Below are positions 28,261 through 39,507 of a stretch of 64,000 nt of DNA, piece after piece; within the stretch, counting starts at the first letter, position 1, and each line of letters opens with the position of its first letter. This DNA comes from Phoronis australis (taxonomy: Eukaryota; Animalia; Phoronida): contig NMRA01000422.1 of NCBI GenBank assembly GCA_002633005.1, positions 336,951-400,950 of the forward strand. Reading direction: 5' to 3'. The position numbers and the translations under genes are program-made. A model generated the notes under the pieces. That model made no database searches. It was not told where the DNA came from and worked only from the letters and a program-made list of their open reading frames with translations.

Positions 28261-28410
28261 GTCCCACGACTTCATCGCATCACCTCGGCAAATATTGTGG
28301 CAGTAACCGAACTACGATCCCTTCACTATTCGTGTCTAAAGTTCTACAAATTTTTTTCATCACTGATGGCTCAGCTACGGCAAAGGGATTCCAAGCTGAA
28401 TACCAGATAG
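28261..28410 (+). CDS. CUBN: CUBN-like exon D: C-half of CUB14-like domain (copy 2)
   Basis: Acceptor gattttag, donor gtgaga. GPTTSSHHLGKYCGSNRTTIPSLFVSKVLQIFFITDGSATAKGFQAEYQI; phase 1-1. Confidence 0.9.
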   Translation, partial: VPRLHRITSANIVAVTELRSLHYSCLKFYKFFSSLMAQLRQRDSKLNTR

Positions 28411-30390
28411 GTGAGATGGGTTTAACATGTATTTTAGAGGCAAATTTGACATGTTTTTAAAGGATGAGCTTACCCAGTTTCTGGTACTCTGCGTTTGGGA
28501 CTTTTTCAAAATCGCTAATGTTAAAACACAAGTAACCCAGTGTCTGGTAGATGGCACAAATGGTATCCCAAAATGTGCTCACGGGAGTTTAAATTCAGTT
28601 CCTTGGTCTGACTCTGCTACCGGGCCTAGTGTAAGTTTACGCGTTGCTTTGAAAGTGGATGCTTGAGCCATCTCGTGCTCTGAATCACTGAAAATGACGA
28701 ACGGCTCAGTTTTGAAGAACAAAAATTCATTGCACTATACAGTGAAAACTAAAAAGCATCAAGGGCATGCAATAATTTTATCTTACCAAGTGAATGAACA
28801 AATTGCGTTTTATTTGATTTAAGGACTTAATTCCTTTTCCACCTCCTATTTGGAAATTTAAAAAATAATCTTGTTCCTTATTCAGTTGAACAACGCGTTT
28901 ATGGTCATTCGAACTGTGAGTACGCGTGACCCAATTTTCGACGTGATGCTTATTTCAAATGGTCCTGTTTTAACAGGACCATTATTTATGTACTTAAAAG
29001 TACATAAATATGCTGATGTTTTGGACCTAGACAAATAAAATTAGAATGTCAAGAAATATAAATATGATTGGGACACATTTTACGTACATCTTTAAAGTCC
29101 TAGAAGCACAGGGTTTTAAATAAACGCGCCACTTAGTTTTCCGACCCGAAGAACACACCGCCACTTTGAACTAACCGCGAAACCGGAAATACAATTCATT
29201 CAGGAACCCAGGCTTAAGTAGGTTGGCTGTGCCACTGGAGCTGTGTCTGTTACCAGCCTGCAAACAGGGGTAAAATAATGGATAGCGGATCTTAACTTTA
29301 AATGAGAATGGCAGCAAAAACAACCTAGTTTGTATGAAATTAGATCGAGTAGTTCCACTCGATAACAAAAAGTACAGCTCTTTTTCCTGACACCTAACGG
29401 CAGACGGAGGTGTTGAAATTAGCCAATGACGGCAGTGGTTTGAATGCAGTCTGTTCAGCAGTTCGCAACACGCTTACGGGTGTTAGCTTATCAATTCAAT
29501 TCATCGTTTCCACCAATAAATCATCAAAATTCGATGTAAAACCCTTACAAATACATCGAGTTATTGAACAAAAGTGTTACTTTATTTCGCTGTTACGGAT
29601 TTTTAGGTATTTGAACATGTAGCCTACTATAGCTCGGTAGGCCAATTGACCACAGTCGGTCGCGGGAGTTTGGGTTGTGTTCGGTGATCTATTCAAATTA
29701 TTCGTACGTGAAATACAGACAGGAGAACATGGCTGAGTGTTCTAATTTTAGACTTGCGATTTTTTCAGTTCTAAACACACAAAGCGCTTGATATACCGGC
29801 CAGTGGCTCGGAACCCGATCAGGCCCATCGCGGCCGGACTGAAGATACCACGAACATAAACCAGGCAAAGTTGGAAACTAAAGTTTTAAGTCACGAAAAG
29901 ACTATACTAGTGAGCCAAAGAAAATCTGTTCACGTGGTTATGTTGGTGAATTACCCGCGAAACTGCAAACTAGCTCGACGGGAGCAGCGAAGTCATGTTA
30001 TTCTTCCACTGAACCGAGGGCAAAAGTTGTACAGAAACAACGATTCAAATAATGTACCTACATGTATGGATATCTAAATAAAGATTCCCTTAACATCTGA
30101 CCATAGGATATAAAATCGAATTATTGTTTCGCAACAGCTTTCTGTCAGTAAACAATGAATTAGCGTGCGCTCACACGGCCTCGGTGCCCGGTCAGTTAGT
30201 TTGTTGCATCTAAAGTCGGTAACGCAGTGATTTATTCATTGCTCGCTTCTCAAAACATTTGCACCCACGAACACTCCAAGGCATTACAAATTGTATCTAA
30301 TGAGACAAACTTTATTTCAATTTTATATAAGCACTGGTTAGGGTGAGAATACTTCATTTTGAAACAGAACGCACAATAATAAACGTCAAC

Positions 30391-30812
30391 GTGGCAACTC
30401 GCAATCCCGAGTTAGATGAGTGTTCATCCGACGAAGACTTCACAGGTCGATTGTTAGATTTCACAGGCTATCATTTCGAACCAGAATACACTGATCAAGA
30501 AATAATAGAGAGGTTCCGTAAATGTGCACAGACAATGGAACATATGGATAGTTCCGAAAACCGTTTGAATAACTTGTCATGGTGTCAGTGAGCTAACTGT
30601 ACGGTAATGGAAGCGACTGGCGCTTGCAATTGCGGCCACGAAATTCCGCAACTGAAACGCCTTCTAGAAGAAGCACAGGTGTGTTTCATGGACCATTCTG
30701 ATTTTGCACCGCATCTAAACAGAGGTGCGCTTACGACGATTTTTAATGCTGAGAAGAAGAACTGGCGAAAACATCCAACACCCAGAGGACCAAACAGAAA
30801 CCTCACGAACGA
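30391..30812 (+). pseudogene. P2X7 C-terminal ballast-like (Zn-Cys) protein fragment carried by the transposon
   Basis: GYHFEPEY...RLNNLSWCQ*ANCTVMEAT..CNCGHEIP...CFMDHSDF..HLN. This matches the WCQCGxC..M...CC.E...C..H..F pattern of P2X7-ballast-like domains; the stop replaces a Cys codon. Confidence 0.65.
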
Positions 30813-30934
30813 GTCAGTCATGAAACAGGTTATATAAAACGATATGTTCTCAACCCTTGAATTCATTGTAATTGTTTATGTTTTCATGGCCAACTACAAT
30901 TCTCTATAACCAAAAACTGATCAATAACCGATTC

Positions 30935-31131
30935 GACGAAATGCAGGCCACCGACAGACACGGAGAAGTTTCACGGCCTCATGCTTGGTATTAACGTCTT
31001 ACTTTTCATTCTTCACTACCGCGAGCCGCTTCCAAAGCATTATGGTCTCTCGTGGAAATCGAAAAAAAAGATATACCCGCTTTCCTCGCAGCTTTATAGC
31101 TCGCACAAGTGGGAACGATGCACTACATCAT
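30935..31131 (-). pseudogene. Decayed THAP domain (paralog of 15520-15752)
   Basis: MM*CIVPTCAS...GISFFRFPRE...LRVC..HF with stops and frameshifts; clear nucleotide similarity to copy 1. Confidence 0.7.
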
Positions 31132-32337
31132 AGCGGCACTCACTCTGCAGAAGAACCATTGACGTCGCTGCGTTGTTTCTCACCTTCTTCATAGGTTAAC
31201 GGGATAGCTCTCGGGGAGTGAAGATCGGCCGTATAAGAGGTAATGTAGATATAGACCGATTAAAACGGTAAAAAAGACTAATTAAATCGGGTGGCATTCT
31301 TCTTAAATAAAACAAAAATAGGGACAATTTGTGCTGAAAATGTTAGCAAGATGTGGCAAAAGAAATTTTTACAGAAATTATTTTGACCTGCAGCGGACCG
31401 ATCGAGTTCACTCGCATTGACAAGAGACGAAGGCATGCCGTCCCTGGTTGTTTTATCACAATAAATGGTTCGAATCATAAAATTTCGTATACATACAAAG
31501 ATAGTTTCCGACACTTGGATAAAATTACGGACTAGTCATAGTCCTGTGCCAACGATTGAATAACAAGGCCGACTATGGCGGATTAGGCCAACTAAGCGTG
31601 TTTCATTATTGGGCGTAACTAACTCTGGTAAACAAACAGTGTAAACAGAACCAAATGGTTTAATAAAAGTATTATTGAGTTTAAAGCTAAAGGGACAATT
31701 CCCACTTAGCCGGAAACATTCGTAGGCCTATAAGCTGCTACCCGGCATAGCCGGAGCGCCTGGCTTGCGTGCGCGGACATCTGTGCACGGGGCAAGATGA
31801 ATACATTAATTAGCTACCCAGGCTTTGAATGAGTGCTGATACGATAGCAATTTTGTTCTGATAGCAGAACGACGTCTGTCGACAGTTGCAGTTCTCAACG
31901 AGTGTCATGGCTGAAGACACAGTATCTACCTACTAGGGCGCTATTCCAAGCCTGATCCTTGAAGTTTAACTAAAATGTAAAATACTGGTAGCTGACTGAT
32001 CGACAATGGGGTGAAATCGAATGCCCGAACAGCTGAACCCCCATTCCCCATTTACTTCGCGATTTTAATCGCTTCACAAAAAAGATCTGAGTCAATATAT
32101 TGATTTTTAAACCCCCAAAATGTAATAATGTCTGAGTTCTGTTTCCACCTTGGGTATGAAACAAACATATTAATCTCGGTTGAAGTCAACACTTCATGCA
32201 ATCTTGCAAAGCAAAAATGTCTACTTTGTTCATCGTCGAATAGCAAAGAGCACGCACATCCAGGCATTATTATTTCCTGAACATTTTTTTGTCGAACTTC
32301 ACCATTGACGTGCAAAACTATGCAAATGTACTTTCAG

Positions 32338-32522
32338 ATTGTGAAAGTCTACTACGAGGAACACAAGGCGTTATTCAAGCACCCAGTTTCCCCAATAAAT
32401 ACACCAACGATATCCATTGTACATGGAAAATAGAAGTGAAAAGTGGTCGCCATATACAGCTAACATTCGAGGAATTCAATATCCGAGGCACCCCAGGACA
32501 TTGTAGCGGTATCTACTTAGAG
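32338..32522 (+). CDS. CUBN: CUBN-like exon E: N-half of CUB15-like domain
   Basis: Acceptor ctttcag, donor gtagcc. DCESLLRGTQGVIQAPSFPNKYTNDIHCTWKIEVKSGRHIQLTFEEF...HCSGIYLE; phase 1-0. Confidence 0.88.
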
Positions 32523-34796
32523 GTAGCCATGTAATTTGCTGAGCTCTTTTTTATAAACCTGCTAGTCCGTTGCGTACATGTGACATACTTGTTGTATCAT
32601 TTAATGTAACGAAGAGTACTTACTTAGAATAGGAGCAGAAACACAAGACAAATGAATCCATTGTATTGTTGTCATTCTATTAAAACCGGCGACGCCCGAC
32701 GTTGGTTTCTAGCCCATTCACTAGTACTCGCCGTAAAAGCAGCTGCATTCGAGAGGCTGACCTTATTACCGGTTTTACGCGCAGTGCACAAAGTCTGAGG
32801 GCGCTGGCCGTGATAATGAAATGCGGTGTAAAAAGTCAAAAGAGCTCATGAGCTCTTGACAGTATGTGGGAATAAAAGACAAACAGGCGAAACATTGAAA
32901 ATAACAACTCCTGAACAAACATTTGAGAACGAAATTGAGTGTTGGACTGCCGAGCGAGATCAGTTGAGTATTCTGGTAATAGCCCTCGAATTTTCATAGC
33001 TTTCCGAGTGAGCTTGCATTCTTCCTTCGTCGTCCATAAATAACGTAGCTTTCTTTTCACGCTTACTGTCGATTGCATTTAAGCGTAAAAGTTCCAATGG
33101 TTTCAGTGTTCATCAATGACTTACTCCCTATTTGCCAAATCTCAAAAATCAAATATCTCAAATTACCTCTGTCAGATAATGCATAAATAAAACCCCACTT
33201 TCCGTATCATGCCTTGCCTTCAAAGCGGCAAAGTGAGCTCACGAATAATTGAAAGCGTTGTCTGAAGAACACAGGGCTCAACGGGGACGTCAGATCGGAT
33301 CATTTTCATAGCAGAGTTTGCGTAAACAAAAGAAATAATAAAATTTTCACGCGTAGAACTTGAAGTATAGTTTATAAAAAAGCTCCAAACAACTGCTTAA
33401 GCGTTGTCTGTTCCCTTTTGGTTATTTTAGTCATGCTTCATTCTCGTCAATTCTATACTTATCACATTACTGGTGACCACAAGATAGTTCACTGCCTCTA
33501 ATTACATATAACACACTAATACTATATCTCAAGTCAGAAAATCACCACCTTATGATAGTTTAAGTTCCGTTTCTGTTTCCACTCCAAGATCGAAGTCTCA
33601 TGGATCCACTTCCGTATGACTTGACGCTGTAATACGACATATTTCATTAGTCGCTGAGACCACAGAACTTTAGGAAAATGCTGTGAACACGAGTGAAAAC
33701 GAAACAACTGTCTCATTTGACTTTTCACGTCTAGCTTCAACAACCTCTACCATTTTTAAGTGTTAAAACATTTTTGTATTGGATATTCATTTGACATTCG
33801 GCTGTACTAATTAATCATAACTTATTACATGTACTGTGGTGTAATATATGTTCTGTGCAAACTAGTTCGTTGCTACAGATTTTTATAATACAGCTATTAT
33901 TCTCCTTTTACCTAATGTGCATTTTTCACCACAATGGGGATAGGTTTATTGTTGACAACGCAAATGTAACCAATGAATCTGTTTACTCTACAAAATATAG
34001 TCATGAGAAATGAAAAGTGTCCAGCTGCTCTACATGTACGTTAGAATTATTGATGCAAACAAACTTTCGCTCACCATATGATATAAGCTCGTAAGAATTC
34101 GGCAGGCTACATTTTTCCTATGCAGCAGTGTCACACCTGTCGTGATATGCGCACGTGTACATAAGATACTTAAACAAGTCAGAGAAGGTAGTTATCCCGT
34201 CAAAAAATCAACCTACATATTGCGAACGAAACGTTAACTGTTACTGTACATGTACACTGTAGTTGCAAGGTCTAAATGAAGCAACAGACAGCACTGGGTG
34301 ATAATGGGCACTGGAAAAGTTGCTTGATGAAAGAAATCGCCTTGTCTAAGACAATATTTTATTCTCCATGCCGTTTTGCCATCATTACATTTGCCGTAAT
34401 GTTAATGTCATGACTTGAAGGAAACGACAAACGTTGACCTACTGACCTAGTTTTTAAATATATGCCATTTGGGGGAAGCGCAAAGAGACGAGAGCCGTGA
34501 TTTTGGACTGAACTAGCCTTTGCAACGACATATCTCTTAAATTTGGGCTTGAAAAGTTTATGAAGGCAACGCAAACACAGCAGAGAATGAATATGTCATC
34601 ATAGAGGTAGGTTTTGAAGTCAGTAAAAAATGTCTTTGAAATCGCTCTTCGCAAGAACTGCAAGCAGAGCCAGTATACATGAAAACAACTACTGGTTTAT
34701 GACTGGTGTATGTTAGTTCCCGCTGTTTTTCTATTGAAATAATGACTATGGTTATACATGTATCGGGAATCATAATCAAGTTGCTCTATAACTGCA

Positions 34797-35042
34797 CAAG
34801 AGCGCATCCAGCCTAGAAAAGGGGGGCTCGAATTTTTTAAAATGTGGACCTTTTACGGCTAAGATTCACGTGATACGTTCAGAGTTACGAATGGTGCATT
34901 CGCCAAAATTTGGTAGTTCCTGTCTTTTTGCGGACTTTTGTCTCGTTTTATACTTTTTCGGACCGAGTTTTGTTTCTCTGAGGCGGAACTTTTATGCCCA
35001 ATTCTCAAAGTTGGTTACGGTCTCCCCTTAGTTACGCGCTTG
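34797..35042. mobile_element. MITE, same family as 49262-49478
   Basis: CAAGAGCGCATCCAG ... TAGTTACGCGCTTG termini; shares internal blocks (ggggggctcgaa, gtggaccttt, cttttgtctcgtttt, tttgtttctctgaggcgga) with the 49.3 kb copy. Confidence 0.6.
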
Positions 35043-35170
35043 CGACAAATATTCATGTTGCGAAATCATTATGTATCTGAAAGCTGCGCTTTCGAAAGTT
35101 TGTGATTATAGAATACGTGCATTTTCACTTGCTTCTAATTTTTCTACTGCAACACTAATTATTTTCACAG

Positions 35171-35529
35171 GTACGAAATGGAAGATATTCCAACTCTCCG
35201 CCCATGGGTTGTAACGGACAGTTAACCTGCAAACTTTGCGGCAATTATGTTCCACCTTCTCTAACTTCACTATCCAATCACGTCTGGATAAATTTTATAT
35301 CAGACAACTCAGAGCGTTCGACAAAATTTAAGATTGCTTATCACGAAATATCGATCACGTGTAATGGCCGCCTGACATTGACTGGAGACAAAGATGATGG
35401 GATGTTCATGTCACCGAATTATCCCAGTAATTATCCACATAGCATAGAATGCATATGGATTTTTATTGCCCCCACTACAAAGCTTGTTCAGCTTGATTTC
35501 AAAGATTTCGACATCGAATCGGGAAATGG
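35171..35529 (+). CDS. CUBN: CUBN-like exon F: C-half of CUB15-like plus N-half of CUB16-like domain
   Basis: Acceptor ttcacag, donor gtacgt. VRNGRYSNSPPMGCNGQLTCKLCGN...FISDNS...TCNGRLTLTGDKDDGMFMSPNYPSNYPHSIECIW...DFDIESGNG; phase 0-2. Confidence 0.9.
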
Positions 35530-36400
35530 GTACGTTACATTCTCATGCACTATATTTCAATGTATATCGAAAAATTCAAATGCTCGATAGTGTGATTACT
35601 TTGTAAAATATAAAAACGTCTAAATTGTTTAGCATTTGCGTTATTTTTACAAGTAGTCTCTGCCTGTCGAACTTCAAATTTTACGAGTAGTGAAAACCAA
35701 TGTGCGGCTATTCCAAACCGTAATGGGGTGAGGGATACGAGTCAATCAACCCACAATTCAGGAAGCGTCTTTCATGCAATCTAGTGCTTGGCAGGCAAAG
35801 CTGGTAGGTGATTTTAGGTTGCTGATACCACTTAATGCGTATCTATGGTACCCTACACTCCTAGTAGCTGTTCTAAATACTACCAAAATGGGGTTATTTC
35901 TACAGATCGTATCTATACGTCTTCTAGCTGTGTTGTTTTGAGTGCCTGATATTCCAAAATACTCTGTGTGTATGGTGACTCATGCTCTGAGTAGAAGTTC
36001 AGTTCAATCTCCCTGCCACATTTACATGTATGTATATGGCATCTCGTCCTAAACCTGCCACAAGTGCCCTTAAACTATTCGCTTTTCTCAAGTATACCTC
36101 CAGCTCTCTTGCCTCTTGGTGCAAGTTAAATCAAACTCGGTGTATCACTCGTGTCCTGATCTTGGAGGACCAACACACAAGCGCTCCAAAGACAAATATT
36201 GTGGACTCAACGTGATTAACGCCCCGGGTCATTTGAAACTGCTACTCTCAAACCCTCTCTCCCTCTTCCTCTACCACTTCTCTTGCCCTCTATGTTAAAG
36301 CAATTTTTCACATGTACCGGTTCACATATTTTTTTGAAAAGAAAGGGTATTGTTGTCACAAGAATTCTCAAGGACATTAAACCCGTCGTATCTCTTCCAG

Positions 36401-36579
36401 TTGTCCGTTCGATTTTCTGGAAGTAAGAGATGGAGAGACATCTAGCGATCCTTTGATTGGTCGATTCTGTGGAAACACTATACCCGACACCATTCGTTCA
36501 ACAACGAGTAAATTATACGTGCAATTCCGTACTGATGGTTCTGGTACAGGAAAAGGTTTCCGAGCAAGATACGCAATAG
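36401..36579 (+). CDS. CUBN: CUBN-like exon G: C-half of CUB16-like domain
   Basis: Acceptor cttccag, donor gtaatc. CPFDFLEVRDGETSSDPLIGRFCGNTIPDTIRSTTSKLYVQFRTDGSGTGKGFRARYAI; phase 2-1. Confidence 0.9.
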
Positions 36580-36754
36580 GTAATCACCTATGTTCGCCAA
36601 CCAAGAATAAAGGAGTTGAAACTGGACTAAGGTGAAGGTATTGTGGAAAATGTGTAGATAACATAAACTACTATGTCTAAAGGCGAATGATTCAATGGAC
36701 CAGAGTCTTAGCCGCAAGATAAAAAATAATTAAAAAATCGTGTTTGTATTCTAG

Positions 36755-36961
36755 CATTATGTGGGGGCACATTCGACTCTCGATATGGTGTTCTTCAGTC
36801 GCCAAATTTCCCATCCAACTACGACACCGATGTTGTCTGCACGTGGTATATCAATGGGCCTTTTGGACACTACATTAACTTTACCTTTGAGAGTTTGGAT
36901 ATTCAAAGTAGTGCGGGGTGTACCAGAGACTTCATTGAGTTTAGACATAAAAACGGAAGTG
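36755..36961 (+). CDS. CUBN: CUBN-like exon H: N-half of CUB17-like domain
   Basis: Acceptor attctag, donor gtaagt. ALCGGTFDSRYGVLQSPNFPSNYDTDVVCTWYINGPFGHYINFTFESLDIQSSAGCTRDFIEFRHKNGS; phase 1-1. Confidence 0.9.
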
Positions 36962-37442
36962 GTAAGTATAAAGCCATTCTAACAATGGCCTGTGAAGAGA
37001 ATAATCTCTGTGAACACATATACAAGAATATTTTAATATTTTCAAATACTCCTATTGCGCATAATTGGGAAATAATTCTTTTGGAGCCTTAGAAGTTGAC
37101 TCAAAGTTACCACTACGATTTTTTCACAACATCTGTGTCTTTTGTGCAGGTTTTTAAAGATCTGAAATACAAGTGGCTCCTTCTTGCAGTACTTTACTGA
37201 GGAGAATGACTTGGGTTTATCTAGGGATTTGACGTTTTGTCCCGAGTTTTTTCTCCGTGCTTCTTACTGGAAATCTTCAGTATTAGACTACATGCATGTA
37301 CTATGATATAATCAAATAGGTACTATTTCATGGAAAACTAGAGAGGATGTTAGCGTATTCATTTTGCCTTGAGTGGAATCATGGTGTCGAATACCTGAGC
37401 GACATTCATAAAGTGTTCTTACATTTCAATTCCGCCTCATAG

Positions 37443-37583
37443 GGGAATTACTTGGTAAGTTTTGCGGAACACCATCTCCAGGCACAATCCGCTTTCCTGA
37501 CGGTGATGCCTTTGTACGTTTTGTGTCTGACTCATCAGTGACTGCAAGAGGATTTCGAGTGAGATATGAAGCAAGTCTGAAAG
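37443..37583 (+). CDS. CUBN: CUBN-like exon I: C-half of CUB17-like domain (absent from the ORF track)
   Basis: Acceptor ctcatag, donor gtatat. GELLGKFCGTPSPGTIRFPDGDAFVRFVSDSSVTARGFRVRYEASLK; phase 1-1. Confidence 0.88.
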
Positions 37584-39319
37584 GTATATTTTTTCAAGTT
37601 TCTGTAGTAAAATGTATATTTTGTACCCATTATGTTTAATTGGTTGACAGCTTATTCTCGCCTTGTTATTGTTCGTTTTCCCCTACGGGCGTGCTCATGT
37701 ACAGTACGCACCCGCACAAACCCACACACACCCACACAAATGCGCTGTCGCCTCTATGATGGTATCCAGCGTCACTAGTTGCACCTTCTAAGCACCTCGC
37801 AAGATCTTTATGGAATTTGATAGGTGTTAATGAACATGAAGGAAGTGTATGATGACTTCCGGATAAATCCTCTTTTGTTGATGCAATTGGTTTTTGCTTT
37901 TTCTTTTATATCTACCTGTGCCAAGTCTCTGTATGAAGCATTTTGTGACTTGTTACATATGCGCTGATTTTGAGACAAACTCGCCTAGGAGCAATTTTTA
38001 AGGCAGCTCCCAGTGTTTTGATATTGGAACATGCCTTTGTATTTTCTAGTCCTTTGAAGGGTTTTTCTCAATTTTGGTAGTACATTGCTATTGAGAAGGT
38101 ACCGAGAATGTAACATCTTGGATGGATTCGACTATGCTTCTGCGGCACCTGGTGGCAGTTTTACTTTTTAAATTTTCGCGCCTTTTGCTTGCTTGAACCT
38201 CTCTGGAGATTGCTAAGACATGTATGCCGCCTGCATTTCCATCAAGAAGACAGTAACTGACGTCAGGTGGATCCAAATATTACCGTGTAACATAGTAGAC
38301 AATGGTGGTTTTCTTTATGTCTGGTTGACGAATTATTAAAACCGATTTTCATGGAATTTATAGTCATTTTCTAAAATCATTGTAGCTGAACTACATGTAT
38401 GCGTGTAACAGTTTGGAAGGACTCAACCTCTGATGCACAGTCTAGTAGTAAACATTTGTTGGGTTCACCTTTCTGTTTGCTTTAATTCGTAAATAAAATG
38501 GTCGTAGTAAAATTCAGTATGGGTTTATTTCGCACCATTTTGATTATTATATTGCCTATTTCCTCAATCTTATATCACCCAAAGTAAACCTCGGACTGCT
38601 TACGGACCTCCGAATGGGAAAGAATTCTGTTTTTATCGAATTTCTTCCGAAATACTCCGGCCAAAAGAGAAACTGCGAATTCTTTCCTTCTTTTACAATT
38701 TTCGTCGCTCCAATATCAGTTTTGGATTCGTCTAGTGCATGGAAGTTCTTATCTCTCTTACGTCCACTATGCTTACTTCTCCCTGTATTAAATCGGACGA
38801 AGTCTCTATTCAAGTGCACAGACAACGATTGGTTACACGCTGTTCACGATCACGTGAGCATGGGAATAATTGCTTTTCATTTCGGTGTTAAACTGCAAAA
38901 ACCGTCTCAATTTCAAGAAATATAATAATTTTGGTTAGGTGTTGTTTATTGAAACTCGTTAAATGCAAGTAAACACTTACGAATACACTACTGTAAACAC
39001 CCCTTGGTCAACAAAGCAGAAACGTTGACATCGTTTTTGGCTGACGTGGAAACAATGCTAACATATTTTTTTTTGGTGGGGGGTTCAATTTCAGAAGTAA
39101 AACACACCGGAAAATCACAAAGTTCAGTCCATGATACCAAAGGATTCAGTGTATCGCGATTTGTTTACATATCTTTTGACCACGGAAGCACACACGGCCG
39201 CGGTAGAGGTCAAGTTTTTAATGGTATCTTACTATCCGTCAACTTTTCAGCCAGCTATCTTCTGTCTGTCAGTATAATTGTGGCTGCATAACAAGAAAGG
39301 ACTTTTCATGTTTTCGCAG

Positions 39320-39507
39320 ATTGTGGTGGTAACTTCGTTGCTTCTAATGGTACATTTACAAGCCCATACTACCCAAACGCTTACCTCTACCGTCGAGAGT
39401 GCGTGTACAAAATTTCAGTACGACTTGGAAGACGAATCAAGCTTGTTGTTTACGATATTGCAGTGGGATTGTCACAGCTTGCGTGCAGCTCCCAAAATTC
39501 GCTTTCC
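39320..39507 (+). CDS. CUBN: CUBN-like exon J: N-half of CUB18-like domain
   Basis: Acceptor ttcgcag, donor gtaagt. DCGGNFVASNGTFTSPYYPNAYLYRRECVYKISVRLGRRIKLVV...ACSSQNSLS; phase 1-0. Confidence 0.88.

Larger units (their letters stand above)
29302..31302. mobile_element. Kolobok-like non-autonomous DNA transposon, copy 2
   Basis: TTAA|ATGAGAATGGCAGC ... GGGTGGCATTCTTC|TTAA, with TTAA on both sides; paralogous to 14203-15926. Confidence 0.75.

Noticed and set aside
14203-31302. Idea that the two Kolobok copies arose with the A-B/C-D exon duplication, or are the two long direct repeats of one 17-kb element
   Set aside because: They sit in non-equivalent introns (A-B vs D-E), each has its own TIR pair and a different internal deletion, and intact host exons lie between them.
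38556-38925. 89-103 aa ORFs on both strands, with a faint THAP-like start
   Set aside because: No recognisable complete motif or splice context; probably TE debris or chance.
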